Shown: in pieces, positions 11,834-23,744 of the stretch
Layout: every line of letters starts with the position of its first letter
Numbering within the stretch: position 1 is the first letter of the stretch
Assembly (NCBI GenBank): GCA_964035545.1
Contig: CAXIUT010000094.1
Span: 1-27,099 of the forward strand
Source of the DNA: Bugula neritina
Taxonomy: Eukaryota; Animalia; Bryozoa
Length of the DNA: 27,099 bases
Reading direction: 5' to 3'
The notes under the pieces: generated by a model
Database searches by the model: none
Told to the model about the DNA's origin: nothing
What the model saw: only the letters and a program-made list of their open reading frames with translations
Program-made: the position numbers and the translations under genes

Positions 11834-14800
11834 ATGTCCTAAGACTCATATAATCCTCAATAATTTCAATAACTAATCACAACTGCAACAACCTACACAA
11901 CTAAAATATAATCTTTTTCAACAAAAATTTCATAATCTTCAATGTACTACTTATCTCATCTAGATATAACCAGCTAAAATGTCTCAGTCAGGCTCATTCT
12001 GTCCTTGCAGACCAATCAATACCAATAATAAAGAAACTTTTTACTATTAGATTCATTAAAGATACAATGCTACTTGCATCTCTTTCATTTATGTTATGTT
12101 TTTAGGTTAAAATCTTCCCTTGGTTATAAAAACTATCCAAATATCTGAAATTAGGCCAGTAAATCAAATTTCAAGAAATAAGTCGTTTTCTCAAAGGAAC
12201 TAAATAACTATCAACTCCATAAACTTCAGTTCGTAACAATTTTATCAATCTTGTTTAGGATTTTATCAAATGGATGGGCACGTATATTCAATAACATCCT
12301 TATTCTAAAATAAAATTTAGATCTGCTTTTAGAATTCTGCTTTAAAGATTACCTTATCTTAAATCAAGTTCTGTAAGTAAACTCAATTTTTTCAAAACTG
12401 ATGATCCCAAAAGATATCAGGCTTATTATTTGTAAAAGTAAAGTGGGTAGCTATATGGAGAAAGAATAACATAATATATTTAAAATACATTTGATAGCAT
12501 TTAAAAGATAAAAAATGATAATAATTTGGATTTATTTGTTCAAACAGGCGATCAGTATATTCCATATTATTTAGATTCGTTATTGATTCGATAATTAGAG
12601 AATATGATATCTTTTTCAATGATATGGATAGAAAGAAAGCTAGTAAAGGTCTTGTTATGATATAAAAATTGAATTAAATCATGAGAAGTGGAGATGTATA
12701 ACTATGTAATAAAGTAAAAAACTAGCTACTGCCTAAAATAGTGCAATTTGTTCTGATGGTAAATCATCATCAAATAATGTACAAAGGTTAAGAGGCAGGA
12801 ATGATAATGGCTAAAATGTTTTACGGCTGGAAAAAGCAATGTTAATTTTATAAACTTCCAAACAAAAGTTATTAATAGGCTATCGATGTTCTTTAAAGAG
12901 ATGGAATTTATATAGCTAATATGAATATCTAAGATAATATTGAGTAAAATTCATCTTTTGGACTTCTTCAATAAATAAATCAAGATAAAATTTCACAACT
13001 TTAACTCAATTAAAAACATAATATCAAGAAAATACAAATGTGTAAATTTATACCAACTTATTAAAGCTATGTCCCAGCTAAATAAGTTTCTAACTCGATG
13101 TTTCGACCCAATGATTCTAACAATTCTTTGGTAAACAAAAGTACAGATAAGAAGATAGGTTTTCTTGAGGCTTATTCCAAAATACCTCAAGTAATACCAC
13201 CTAAAAACACTTCTGAAGTAAAATAAATTCATTTCCAGCATAGTAATCTATCAGATAAATTTAATTACAGTCCTCAATAACAAAATGGCAAACAACTACT
13301 TATTTCATTTAAAAAAACATAAGAGCAATTGAAATTACCAGAAACATCGAATGTGAGATCAAAGGCATCTTTTTTGAAAGGTAGAGATAAAAATTATATT
13401 GATATTATAGAATAGAAATCAGAATATGTCATAAATTCATAAAATTCTAGAAGGTTAAAAGATGAACCAGCAAATGAAGATAGTATAAAAAAATAAGATA
13501 TTATATATTTACAGGAACAATCTAACAAAATATAAAAGGATCAGGCTAGCATAGTATCAGAATATTATCCTTAAATTAAATATTCAGCTAGTTTTATCAA
13601 AAAAAATTCATTTTAGCCTCAGGAAAGTATCAAAGGGAAAAATACCAAGTAAAAAATAAGAGAATTCGAATGAATATAAATATAAATAAAGAAATAGTTA
13701 ATTAGATTCAATAAGGAAAAGTAAACAGTCAATAAAATATAAATCATAGAAATCATCTTCAATTGATATTAATTTTAAATAAAAACAGTAAATTAAAAGT
13801 AAAATATTAAGTGGAAGTGGAATAAGACATACGTTTAAAAGTAGTTCAAAAGATGAGATGGTTAGATCTCCAATATCAAAAATATCTCATTCTAAAAGCA
13901 TTAAATTGATATAGTTTAATTAAGCATAAAAAAAAGGAGAACAAGGGTATGTGCTACCTTCATCTTCTAAAAGTTACCGATCACCAGAAGTAATTAAAGT
14001 ATAAAAAACAATATCTAAACCTAAATTTGGATTTAAAGTATAAAATTAAACAGAAACATAAGAAATATAAAGTCAATATTCTGATTCAAAGGTAGTTCAT
14101 TCGATAAGTAAGTCATAGAGTATATCAATTGATCCTTCTCTTGCTATTTCTGAATCAATTAAATAGATTCCTGATAATTTTGCTGACCTATTAACTGTTA
14201 GAAAATAGAAAATAAGGGTAAATGAGTATGATAATAAAATAAAAGAGTTGTAGACAAAGATATCTAGAATGAAAGATAAAAAAGATAAAATTATACAAGA
14301 AAGTTAATATCAAAGATTAGTAAATAAATAAGATTAAAAAATAAATGCCTATTCCTCTTGAAATATTAGAATAGTAAAATAAAAAATTATTAAAAGTATT
14401 AAAGCCAATTCGAAACCCAATAAAATAAAAGGGATTTACTACTTATTCTAACGAATTTAAAGGCTAGATAATTAATTTATCAATAGTTCCTCTCAAATAA
14501 TAAATAAAGAAACAAATGGTTTACTTAAAATGCCGTTTGTTTCATAATTAATACCTTTAGATTGGTCTTCAAACTAAAAACAAAATAATATCTCTTTATA
14601 TTACTTTTCTAAAATCAATATAATAATTTTATATCACTATTTAAGAAAATTCACTTCAACTTTCGGAAAATATTGATGCAAGAGTGTACAAAATAGATGA
14701 AGGCAAACAAGTTAAATTCAAAACTCAAATAAAAGGTTATCAACTCTTTGGAAACATTTTTTAATTGGCTAAATTAAACATTCTTCTCAAATTAGATAAA

Positions 14801-15136
14801 AATAGACAATCAAAACACTATACTATACCTCTTCCTTACAACCTATATAACTAGTTTACCTTCCATCCTCCCTCACATGATGTTAAATTTAATAAATGCA
14901 CTGATTGGCATTTCTGCTGTGAATCACTACTGACAAGTAACCATTACTTATAAGACCTTTTTCCTGAAGGATAATACTATGATGGTCTTTACTTAACCAA
15001 AGTATAGCTTAATGAGGAGTTATTTTAATATGGAATAGGAGTAGAAGGTTAGAAATGTAGTGTATATTTTAATAAAAAGCATGAATTAAAACAACTGGGC
15101 ATCCTTAAGTGTATTTTAAGCATAATATCAAGATGA
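11834..15136 (+). CDS. VHS-like N-terminal domain + long low-complexity linker + alpha-adaptin appendage-like C-terminal domain
   Basis: N-term FQELITTAT...KKLFTIRFIKDTML...FINLVEDFIKWMG...FRSAFRILLERLP is VHS-like. C-term LFHNEYLEIGLQT...IDEGKQVKFK...KLNILL...YTIPLPYNLYNEF resembles the AP-2 alpha ear (LFENQLLQIGLKS...VDGGAQVQQ...KLPITLNKFF). 20-nt introns at 11944-11963 and 12555-12574. Two +1 frame breaks (~13635, ~14340) must be bridged for a single gene. Confidence 0.55.
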
Positions 15137-15146
15137 TGAATGACAA

Positions 15147-15812
15147 TCAGATTGTGATTTTTACTATTTCTTTTTTATTTCCTCCTTTTTCAGGATTTAT
15201 CTTGAGCAATGATTCCATGTGCATATTGTTAGCTTCTACACATTTTTTGAAGCTAAACATGTTGCCTCCTACTCCGAAATAGTAAACTTTGTTGGCGAGG
15301 ATTGCATATCCATCTTCTTTCAAACATTATTTTAAACATTTTAACAACTTATGATAGTTCTGTTCATTATAAATCAACTCGCTTCCGATTATGATGTCAT
15401 ACTTTTATGACTAACACTTTATTGCTTCCCAGTCTCCTGAAATAAAAATCATTTTCTAGCATTGTTCATCATTTATTTTCACGGTGGGCTTTGTCAATTT
15501 TTAAAGGACTTATTGATTGTAGTCCTGAAGACAAACTTCACTCGCTCCTAATTTAAGTGCCAAAATTCCAAGCAGGCCATGCCCACAGCCAATTTCCATA
15601 ACTTTTTTGTCTTTAAATAGCTTTTGATGATTAGCCATATATATGGATAGATCAACAGTACACTACCAAAGTTTAAAGCCTCCCTCATACGATCCAGGAA
15701 TGATGTCTACATTGTAAGCATTCATTTGGTTAGTATCAGAGATATATTTGAGCTTGAAGCCATTATCGATAGATAATAATGTTGTCTGGGGTTAAATTGT
15801 TTCTTGTTCCAT
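15147..15812 (-). CDS. METTL18: Histidine protein methyltransferase METTL18/Hpm1-like (221 aa)
   Basis: DIIPGSYEGGFKLW[TAG]CTVDL, VMEIGCGHGLLG (SAM motif I), QDYNQ[TAA]VL, FISGDW, YDIIIGSELIY and ANKVYYFGVGG. Confidence 0.93.
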
Positions 15813-16251
15813 AATGATTATTGAAAAAAAATGATGAAAAAATAATTTTAGAATTATAGTTCGAAACATTTGAAAAAAAGATTAAAATTTACATCTTTTT
15901 GATTTTTTACAATGATAAATGGTTTAAAAGCTTGTATTTCAATTTAAAAGGATAGCTAAAGATAGAAATCTCTAAAAGACTCTGAAAGTAAATAAAAAAG
16001 GTTCATCTTTAATCTTATCTACTTTTTTTTGTTCTCAGAAACCAATAAATAGCATTTAAGACAGCTTCAATATTTTCTGATTGCTCTATCATAACAATAT
16101 ATATAATAAATTCTAAGAAAAGCTAGTCATATTTATTTCAGACTTTAAGTGTTTTTGAGAATTTCACTGCTTTTATTCATAAAAATATTGTGTATAAACC
16201 TCAAATGAGCTCTTTAAATAGTTATTAGAATCAAGTTATAATAATAATATT

Positions 16252-16688
16252 ATGGAACTAAGTTTAAACTAAAAACGGCAATGTCGAAGAGTTTCCATCA
16301 CAGTACTATGAATTCCATCTAGAAACGAAAAAAACTGTTCAGGGATGTGTTTGTAAAGAAAATATCGATTAATAGCTCAGCTAAGAATATTGGTATAAAA
16401 TACTCAACTGCGAAGGCAATAATAAAACGTTTTAAAGAAAATAAACTTAGTGGAAATCATTACGAGTCCTAAGATGAATCTTTTGACATAGAATTTTCAC
16501 CATAATTATTAGTTCAGGATAGAAGAGAAAATGAGAATCCAGAGCCAACTGAGTTGAACTAAAACCAAGAATTATTGAATACAAGCTATGTTTTTTAAAA
16601 CAATTATTATTACTATTGGAACTTTAATGGAGATTACGCTAATCCGAGCTGGTAACCATATATTCTAGTTCCTTTTTGGATGCCTTGA
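16252..16688 (+). CDS. Small helix-turn-helix (homeodomain-like) DNA-binding protein (138 aa)
   Basis: A 20-nt intron at 16303-16322 removes an in-frame TGA. RRVSITKRKKLFRDVFVKKISINSSAKNIGIKYSTAKAIIKRFKE fits the ciliate-expanded HTH pattern (A..lGIkYSTAK.I); acidic/aromatic tail. Confidence 0.8.
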
Positions 16689-17026
16689 AATTCATTGATC
16701 AAAATAAAAATATTTAAAATTTATATATAAAATTTTTGCTTTCCCAATAATAGTATGAACAAAGGTTTTATTTCTAAGATTTTTTTCTTTCTTACAAACT
16801 TTTTAATTCTTGAAAAACATTTTTTAACAAATATTAAGATTTTACATTCTTTTCTTTGTTATAAAAATTATTAAAAATCTTTATAATTGTAGATTTAAAT
16901 TTGTAAGATAAGAAATATATCAGTTCCAAAAAATATTTATTTTGATTAAATATTTTAACATTTTTAATTTTCAATTCACTCACAAAAGTTGTATCTCTAG
17001 AATTATAGGATAGAATATTAATAAAA

Positions 17027-17356
17027 ATGATTAAATTATATCAAACTATCATCTTTAGAGCAAGCAAAGTTTAAACAGCCATCCAACATGCAATTCAAAG
17101 TCATTTGAAACCCTAAAGACTTGAAATAACAAATTAAAGTCATCGCCATTCTCGAGGAACTGATTCTCATTTTAACATCCTTATTGTATCAGATCAGTTT
17201 AAAGATCTTTCCAAAGTCAAACAACACCAACTGGTTTATTCTTCACTTGGAAGTTTAATGAAGTAAGTTCACGCTGTAACCCTGACATGTTACGAAAAAT
17301 AGCCCTAAAATGCAAAAGCTTGGAGTCTTGGTTGTTTTCATTCGAAATAAAAGTGA
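17027..17356 (+). CDS. bolA: BolA-family protein, BOLA1-like (109 aa)
   Basis: LKPERLEITN[TAA]SHRHSRGTDSHFNILIVSDQFKDLSKVKQHQLVYSSL...VHAVTL, with a C-terminal Cys. Confidence 0.92.
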
Positions 17357-17396
17357 TATATTAAACTCTTTGATAGTCATAATATTTTGAAACTTT

Positions 17397-20227
17397 ATGT
17401 AACACGATCCCGAAGAGCATCCTCTATCTGAGCCAGACTTGGGAGGAGATTAAGACATTTTTGATGGAGAAGATGATGACGAGGAAGAAAATCTCATGGA
17501 TGATGATGAAGGTGACGTCGCTTCTTCAGATTCGTAACTGCAAGTATAAGATCCTTCACATGAAAAAGGATAAAACTAAGAATTTAAATAGGAATAAGAT
17601 ATGGATGATCCCATGAGAGAATACTTCTAAAAGTAGACAGCAGTCTTACAATGGCTTGCAGCTAATCCTGGTCAAAAATGGGTAGATAAAGATTTTCCAA
17701 CGAATGGAACTCAGTTCTATTAAGATACTGCAAATCTTCCTACTTGGGGCTTGCTCTTTAAAAATCTAGAGTGGAAAAGACCTGAAGAAATCATTAAAGA
17801 TCCTAAATTCATGATCATAGAAGATTAAAAGGGAAGTAAAATTATTGATATTGATGCTAAACATGGCATGTTCGGAGCTAGTCAATTTATTTCTGGACTG
17901 TCGATTATTGGAACTCGTTCACACCTGATAGATAAACTAATTATCGAAAAAGATTATTTTGATAAAGGTTTTGTTTCCTTCCAATTCTTTAAAAATGGAA
18001 AATGGGTTCAAGTTATTGTTGATACTTTGCTTCCTTATGAAAAAGAACAAAATAACAGAACATGCATCTATAGTTCTTGCACAAATCCTCAATAGTTTTG
18101 GATTCAACTCATGGAAAAAGCCTTTGCTAAACTTCATAGAAATTATCAACGTATTACTAATGTTAGCACTCTTGATGTCCTTGTTGATATGACTGGAGGG
18201 CTCTCAGAACAAGTTGAACTTCAGTTCAAAGGTGATAAAAAAGACCCAGTTGCACTTTGGCAAGGTCTTTATGGATATCTCCAGCAAAAGTTTATTCTTT
18301 CAGCTCTTAACAGTGTTGAATAAAGAGGTTTAAAAGATGCTGAACAAGGTCAACAAGGAATTCTTGAAAATCATCAATATACTATCCTTGATATGAGAGA
18401 TTATCCTAAAGATAATTTAAAATTAGTCCGCTTGAGAAATCCTTGGGGAAATGAGGGAGTATGGACAGGTCCATTTTGTGAATAAGCTGATGATTGGTAA
18501 AAATATAAAGCAGTGAAGGAAGATGTTAAGAACGCACCAAAAACAAAGAAATCAGATGGATCATGGTGGATGTCATTCACTGATTTTTTACTTCAATTTG
18601 ATAAAGTTGCTGTTAACAAAGTATTTTCTGAGAATTGGGAGGTCTATTCAATAGAAAGTCAATGGACACCTAAAACAAACGGAGGTAAATGTCCAATTCC
18701 AAATGAAAAGGGAGGCTAAACTAAATAAAATTTTAAAAATGAACATCTTCAGCCATAAAGTGATGATCGTTGGTTCAATAATCCTCAATTCAGAGTAAAA
18801 ATTCAAAAAGATACTAAAATATATATCAGCTTAATGTTATAAGATCAAAATATCAGTGGACAACCTTACGTTTCTTGCGGATATATGCTTTCTTCAAGCA
18901 AATCAAAAAATGAACGATTCTGGTAACGACCTCCTGAAGCAGATATACTAGCTGAAGTTAACTATCATAATCAAATTCCTCTTCAAAGAGAGATTACTCA
19001 AATGTTTGTTCTTAAAAAAGGATAAAAATCACCAGGAATTTTTATAATAGTTCCTAACATCAATGATATCAAAGAACAGTTCAAAAAAGATTAAAGTAGA
19101 AAATTTTATTTAAGAATCTTTACTCCTGATGCAATAGATGTGACATAAATGCCTGAGACTATTGAACAAACTGTTGATGGAACATGGACTGAACAATTAG
19201 CAGGAGGAAGTAGAAAGATATAAATGAAATAGGATGGAAATAATAAAAAGAAAGGAGATTTCAAAGATAATCCTGCATGGTGCAAAAATCCTCAATATTT
19301 CGTAGTGGTCAAACAACCAACATTAGCTAAAGTTATTTTAAGAAAAGCTGGAACTAAAAAATATAAAGGATGGAAAATAGGTCTTACTGTTTGCAGATAT
19401 TAAGCTCCTGAAGAAAAGAAAATTTAAAAAGAACCTAGAAGAGATAAGAAAAATGCTGGTCACAATATTCAAAGACTTATCCAACAGACAAGTGAATTTC
19501 TTAAGCCTCCAGTGTTAGGTGATGTTTAAAGAAAACTTCAAATCGATACTCATGAAAAATACAAATAATCAGGATATCTTAGTGAAGAAGTATCAGCTCT
19601 TTTCTTCAGATGGAATCCAACTTAAGGCCCTTTTATTCTTATTCCCTCATCTGATGGAGAATAACGAGTATTCAGCTATAAACTCACCATATTCAGCAAC
19701 TCTCCAGTTGAAATGATTAGATTGGATGATTCAAAGAATCAAGTTTTAATGGGAAAATGGGAAAAAGATATTTCAGCTGGAGGATGCCATCTGAATGAAA
19801 AAGAAAAATAAGTATCTCATGTAATTATCTTGTTATTCAGAGAACATGGTCAATGAATCCTAAACTTTTACTTACTTTTAAAGAAGAAGAAATGATGTGG
19901 GAAGAACCCAGTCAACTCAAAATTACTCTTGCTATTGCAGAAAAGAACTGGAAGAAAATGAACCCAAACACAGTTAGTGGTATGATAGGCATATATCTGC
20001 TTGAAAAAAGATAAGGAAAGCTAGTTTATACTCCTGATGTCGTTATTTCTCAGACAAACTTTCTTCCAGTCAAGACAATAACTTTGGAGACCACAGTTGG
20101 TGGAGATAAACCTCTCCTGAAGGGAGGTTATATTATAATGCCCAGCACTTATGATAGAAACATTCAAGGAAGTTTTATTCTTTCAGTGAAGTGCGATCGT
20201 GCTTTCGATTTAGTTCCCACCAAATGA
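17397..20227 (+). CDS. Calpain-like protein (acidic N-term, CysPc, three calpain domain-III repeats), catalytic Cys replaced by Ser (936 aa)
   Basis: WVDKDFP, EWKRPEEI, FFKNGKWVQVIVDTLLP, EFWIQLMEKAFAKLH, DMTGG, GILENHQYTILD and LVRLRNPWG, followed by three W...GG...W..NP(Q/K) repeats; 20-nt intron 19821-19840. Confidence 0.9.
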
Positions 20228-20280
20228 TGATCAATATCATAATTACATCTTATCAGTTATTATAGTAAATACAAATACAA

Positions 20281-22657
20281 ATGGGTATTCTTTAAAGTTG
20301 TGAAGGAGATCCTGGAATGAAGTTTACTCTTGATTAAAAACTATTTCGAGATTCTCAAGGACCTCGTTATTCATCTGATGATTATTTTTTTAAACCATCG
20401 AATGTTAAATTGTTTGGAGATCTACTTTATAAAAAAGGAAATAAAACTTAATTTGTACTTCAAACATTCTATACTAATAAAGGATCAAAAGTTGCTAACC
20501 AATCTTTGAGAATTTACGATTCTGCTCAATAATTTCTCGAGGAAAAAGGATGCAAAATCAAACTATAAACTCCCGTTTCCGATCCAAATATATTTGGCAA
20601 TCAATTTTTGGTCTGTAAAATGAAAGGTCATCACAATTAGATGACAATCAAGTACGTATCTTTCAACAGATACGAATAGGACAAATTTAAATAGGCGCTA
20701 TTTGAAGTCACTATGCTCCAAAAGAGTTTAACATAAGAAAACAATCGTTATGGTTATGTTTATAATTAAGCTTTTGTAGTTTAATCTGGCCTTCATAAAG
20801 ATAACAAAGACAAATGTTTGATAGTTTTAGGATAAAATGCCTCTGCCTCTCTTTCTGAATTGATTCACTACCGTAAAATGTCTAAATCTCCATGGACAGA
20901 AAGTCAATATACTTCTCTATGCTATAATCTTATTAAATGTGTTCATTAATTACATAAAAAAAAATTAGCTCATAGAGATATTCGTCCTTTTAATTTTGTT
21001 TATAATGCTACTAAAAGAAGTTTTATTTTAGGAGGATTGCAGCATGCTACATCTGTTGAAAGTGATCCTAAAACTGGATATAATCTTTGTGGTGTACCAT
21101 ATTATTTACCTCCAAAACTTATCTAAATTGGAAAACGATAAGATTTTTCTTAATATTATATCTATAGTCCTTATAAAGTTGATATCTATGCTCTTGGAGT
21201 CACTTTATTGAACTGTCTTTTTCTCGATCAATTTACATCTCCTCAAATATTGGCCTAATCTTTGAAAAAATACACTCAAAAATGGAATTTCCTTCACAAA
21301 GTAAAATAAATGATTGGAGAGAATCCACCTCGCTTAGACTAAATTTTAGCTTCAGTAGGTACAAGTGAATCATTTCTCGAGTAACGTGCAAGTATAGAAT
21401 CAATGCGTTATAGAATGAAACCTCAAGATAACTAATTTGTTGGTCGTAAGCAATCAATAGCTTAAAGTTATTATAGTATGTTTATGTATGATCAATGGGT
21501 TAGCTAAATTAATGAAGTAGTCAATTATTATGAAATGAATAAATGTTATATGCAGCTAGGAGATGTCTACAAGCAGATAGCTGATGTTTATCATGAACAT
21601 GATGATACTTAAAGTAAATCTTATGATATTTAGAGGAAATGAAATAGTTTTATGGAAAAGCTTGTTCAACTTATTTGTTTATTAGTCAAGAATGTATAGA
21701 TGAGAATAAAACATAGTAAGCTATAAAATATCTTTAAAAAGGTATTGATTGTAATCGAAAAGGATAAAGAGGATCGCCTAATCAATAACTTGCTTATCTT
21801 CTTAATCGTTTAGCTTTGACTTATCATAAAAAGGGTGATTGCGAAATAGCCAGAGCCTTTCAAGAGTAATCTCTAGATATCATTGCCAAGTATCTTTAAT
21901 ATCTATTCAGAGTTTATGGTACAAATACTCATTATTATGCTTAAATGTTAACTGATTCTGCTAAAATTGAATCTTAATTTCAATAATTCAAACAAGCATA
22001 AAATATGCTAAAAGCAGGACTCAAAATCATGGATAAAATAAAAGACTAAACACCTGAACAACATAGAATAAAAATAAAACTACTTGAAGCATTAGGAACT
22101 AATTATAGATTAAAAGCTCTTGAGAGGAGAGAGAAAAGTGATATTTATCGAAAAAAAGGAGAATAAGCTTTATTAGATGCTCTTTAAATAGCTTAAACTC
22201 ATTAAGGAAACATTAGTCCATTAGTTGGTACCATTTTAATGTCACTTGGGAATATTTATTTCGATAGACGTGATTTTGAAAAAGCAAAAAAGACTTACTA
22301 AAAGTATAATTTATTTTATTAAGATCTCTTATCATTAAACAACATACTCAAGGTAAAAGAGAAACAATTGAAGTAGGAGAGTGTTTGACATTTTTAGCTA
22401 ACTCAGAAAAATGTTTAAAATAACTTGATAAGGCAATCAAGCACTATGATTAAGCGATTGAAGTTTATCGAAGAGCATATGGAAATGATCATAATGAAAA
22501 TACTGCAGTTGCTATAGGAAATCTTGGAATAGTATACAAGTAACTAGGTCATAAAGAGCAAGAAAAAGAATATTTATCTCTTGCAAAAACAATTCTTAAA
22601 GATCTTTTAGGATAACAAAGTCCGGATTATCAATATTTTGATCGTCAAAGTCGTTGA
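20281..22657 (+). CDS. Putatively N-acylated pseudokinase with C-terminal TPR repeats
   Basis: Starts MGILESC. Kinase fold with MTIK, HRDIRPFN, GVPYYLPPK and DIYALGVTLL; DFG is replaced by GLQ. Kinesin-light-chain-type TPRs follow (e.g. TAVAIGNLGIVYKELG). Introns 21614-21633 and 22304-22323 (20 nt), probably also 21890-21910 (21 nt). Confidence 0.85.
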
Positions 22658-23241
22658 AAATGATAATTATATGCAATTAATACTATATTTTTAATAACTT
22701 TTAACCTTTTCTTTACAAATCGAAGGTTTATCTTTGATTTTGAATTTAAAAGTGGGTAATTATTTATATTATCATTCGAACATATGGTCCGAGAGTTAAA
22801 AAGCGATAAATTTTTATTCTAATGAAAGAATTTCCTTCTACTTATCAAAATAAAATTATCTAATGCTATTTTTTGTTCTATATTTTTTTAAATTGAGAAC
22901 TCATCGAAGAATATTGGATAGAACATCTTTAACAAATCAATATTATTTGATTATTTAATCATTAATAAACTAATAACTATTATTCTTTCGACTTCTTTTT
23001 CACTCTACATTAGTAATGAGCTTTTGAACATTCTTTAAAAAATAAAACAACCATAAGTCAAAAATCCGGTCATTCAAAAAAATTCTTCTGAAAGCTTAAT
23101 AACTATATTTTTGAAGAGTTGAAATAATTCTTCGTTAAATTTTTCAAAAACTGATTTGATATAAAACTTACTTATTCATTAGTTTATATTTTAGCTTTTT
23201 TTGATATGAATATTATAATTGTATTCGATTAAAACTCTTCT

Positions 23242-23688
23242 ATGGAAATGCAAGCGCTAAATTCTTCGAAATGCTCTTAAGAAAACCAATTTACTTCTAG
23301 AATGGGTTACTTCTCATTTAGACATGAAATGATGAATATTTTGCCTCCTATGAAAAGAACATCTTAGTATATAGTTCACTTATGGAATTAACTATTAAAC
23401 AATTAAAAAAACACTTAAAAGAGCTAGAGTGATAATATTTCAATGAAATATTCAATTTAGCCTTAAAATTAAAACAATTTTGACTAAATACTTTTGAAGC
23501 CAGCAGAAAACTGTGATAATTTAAATATTCAACAATCTTTAAAATCTTAAATCAAAGAGGAAAAGGTTTTAGACACAAAAATAGAACTAGCATAGGTTAT
23601 TATTTAAGATATATCGAGTTCTACTCCAGAAAGTCGTAAAAAGAAGAACATCAAAAAGTTAATCAAACGTGCATCAACCAGATACTGA
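23242..23688 (+). CDS. Hypothetical protein (148 aa), possible degenerate HMG-box-like segment
   Basis: Open ATG-to-TGA frame. SRMGYFSFRHEMM...SEYIVHLWNELLNNEK loosely resembles HMG-box helices; basic C-terminus. Confidence 0.55.
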
Positions 23689-23744
23689 CCCCAAATTAAA
23701 AGTAATGACCTGATTTTATCAAATTATCAACTATAACAATAATA

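Noticed and set aside
3001-15136. Apparent functional cluster of trafficking genes (Rab6, Sec15, VHS/adaptin-ear, PCYOX-like)
   Set aside because: They are interspersed with unrelated genes, trafficking genes are abundant in ciliates, and there is no evidence of co-regulation.
597-21457. Short ORFs in the supplied track (e.g. 597-785, 3063-3281, 6377-6667, 11069-11302, 12392-12619, 12993-13241, 17937-18149, 17959-18192, 19519-19716, 21233-21457)
   Set aside because: They were computed with TAA/TAG as stops and are antisense or off-frame shadows of longer genes. The remaining track entries are fragments of Rab6, calpain and DNAJC7.
23689-23694. Single CCCCAA hexamer immediately after the stop of the 23242-23688 gene
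   Set aside because: One hexamer is expected by chance in 27 kb and there is no array.
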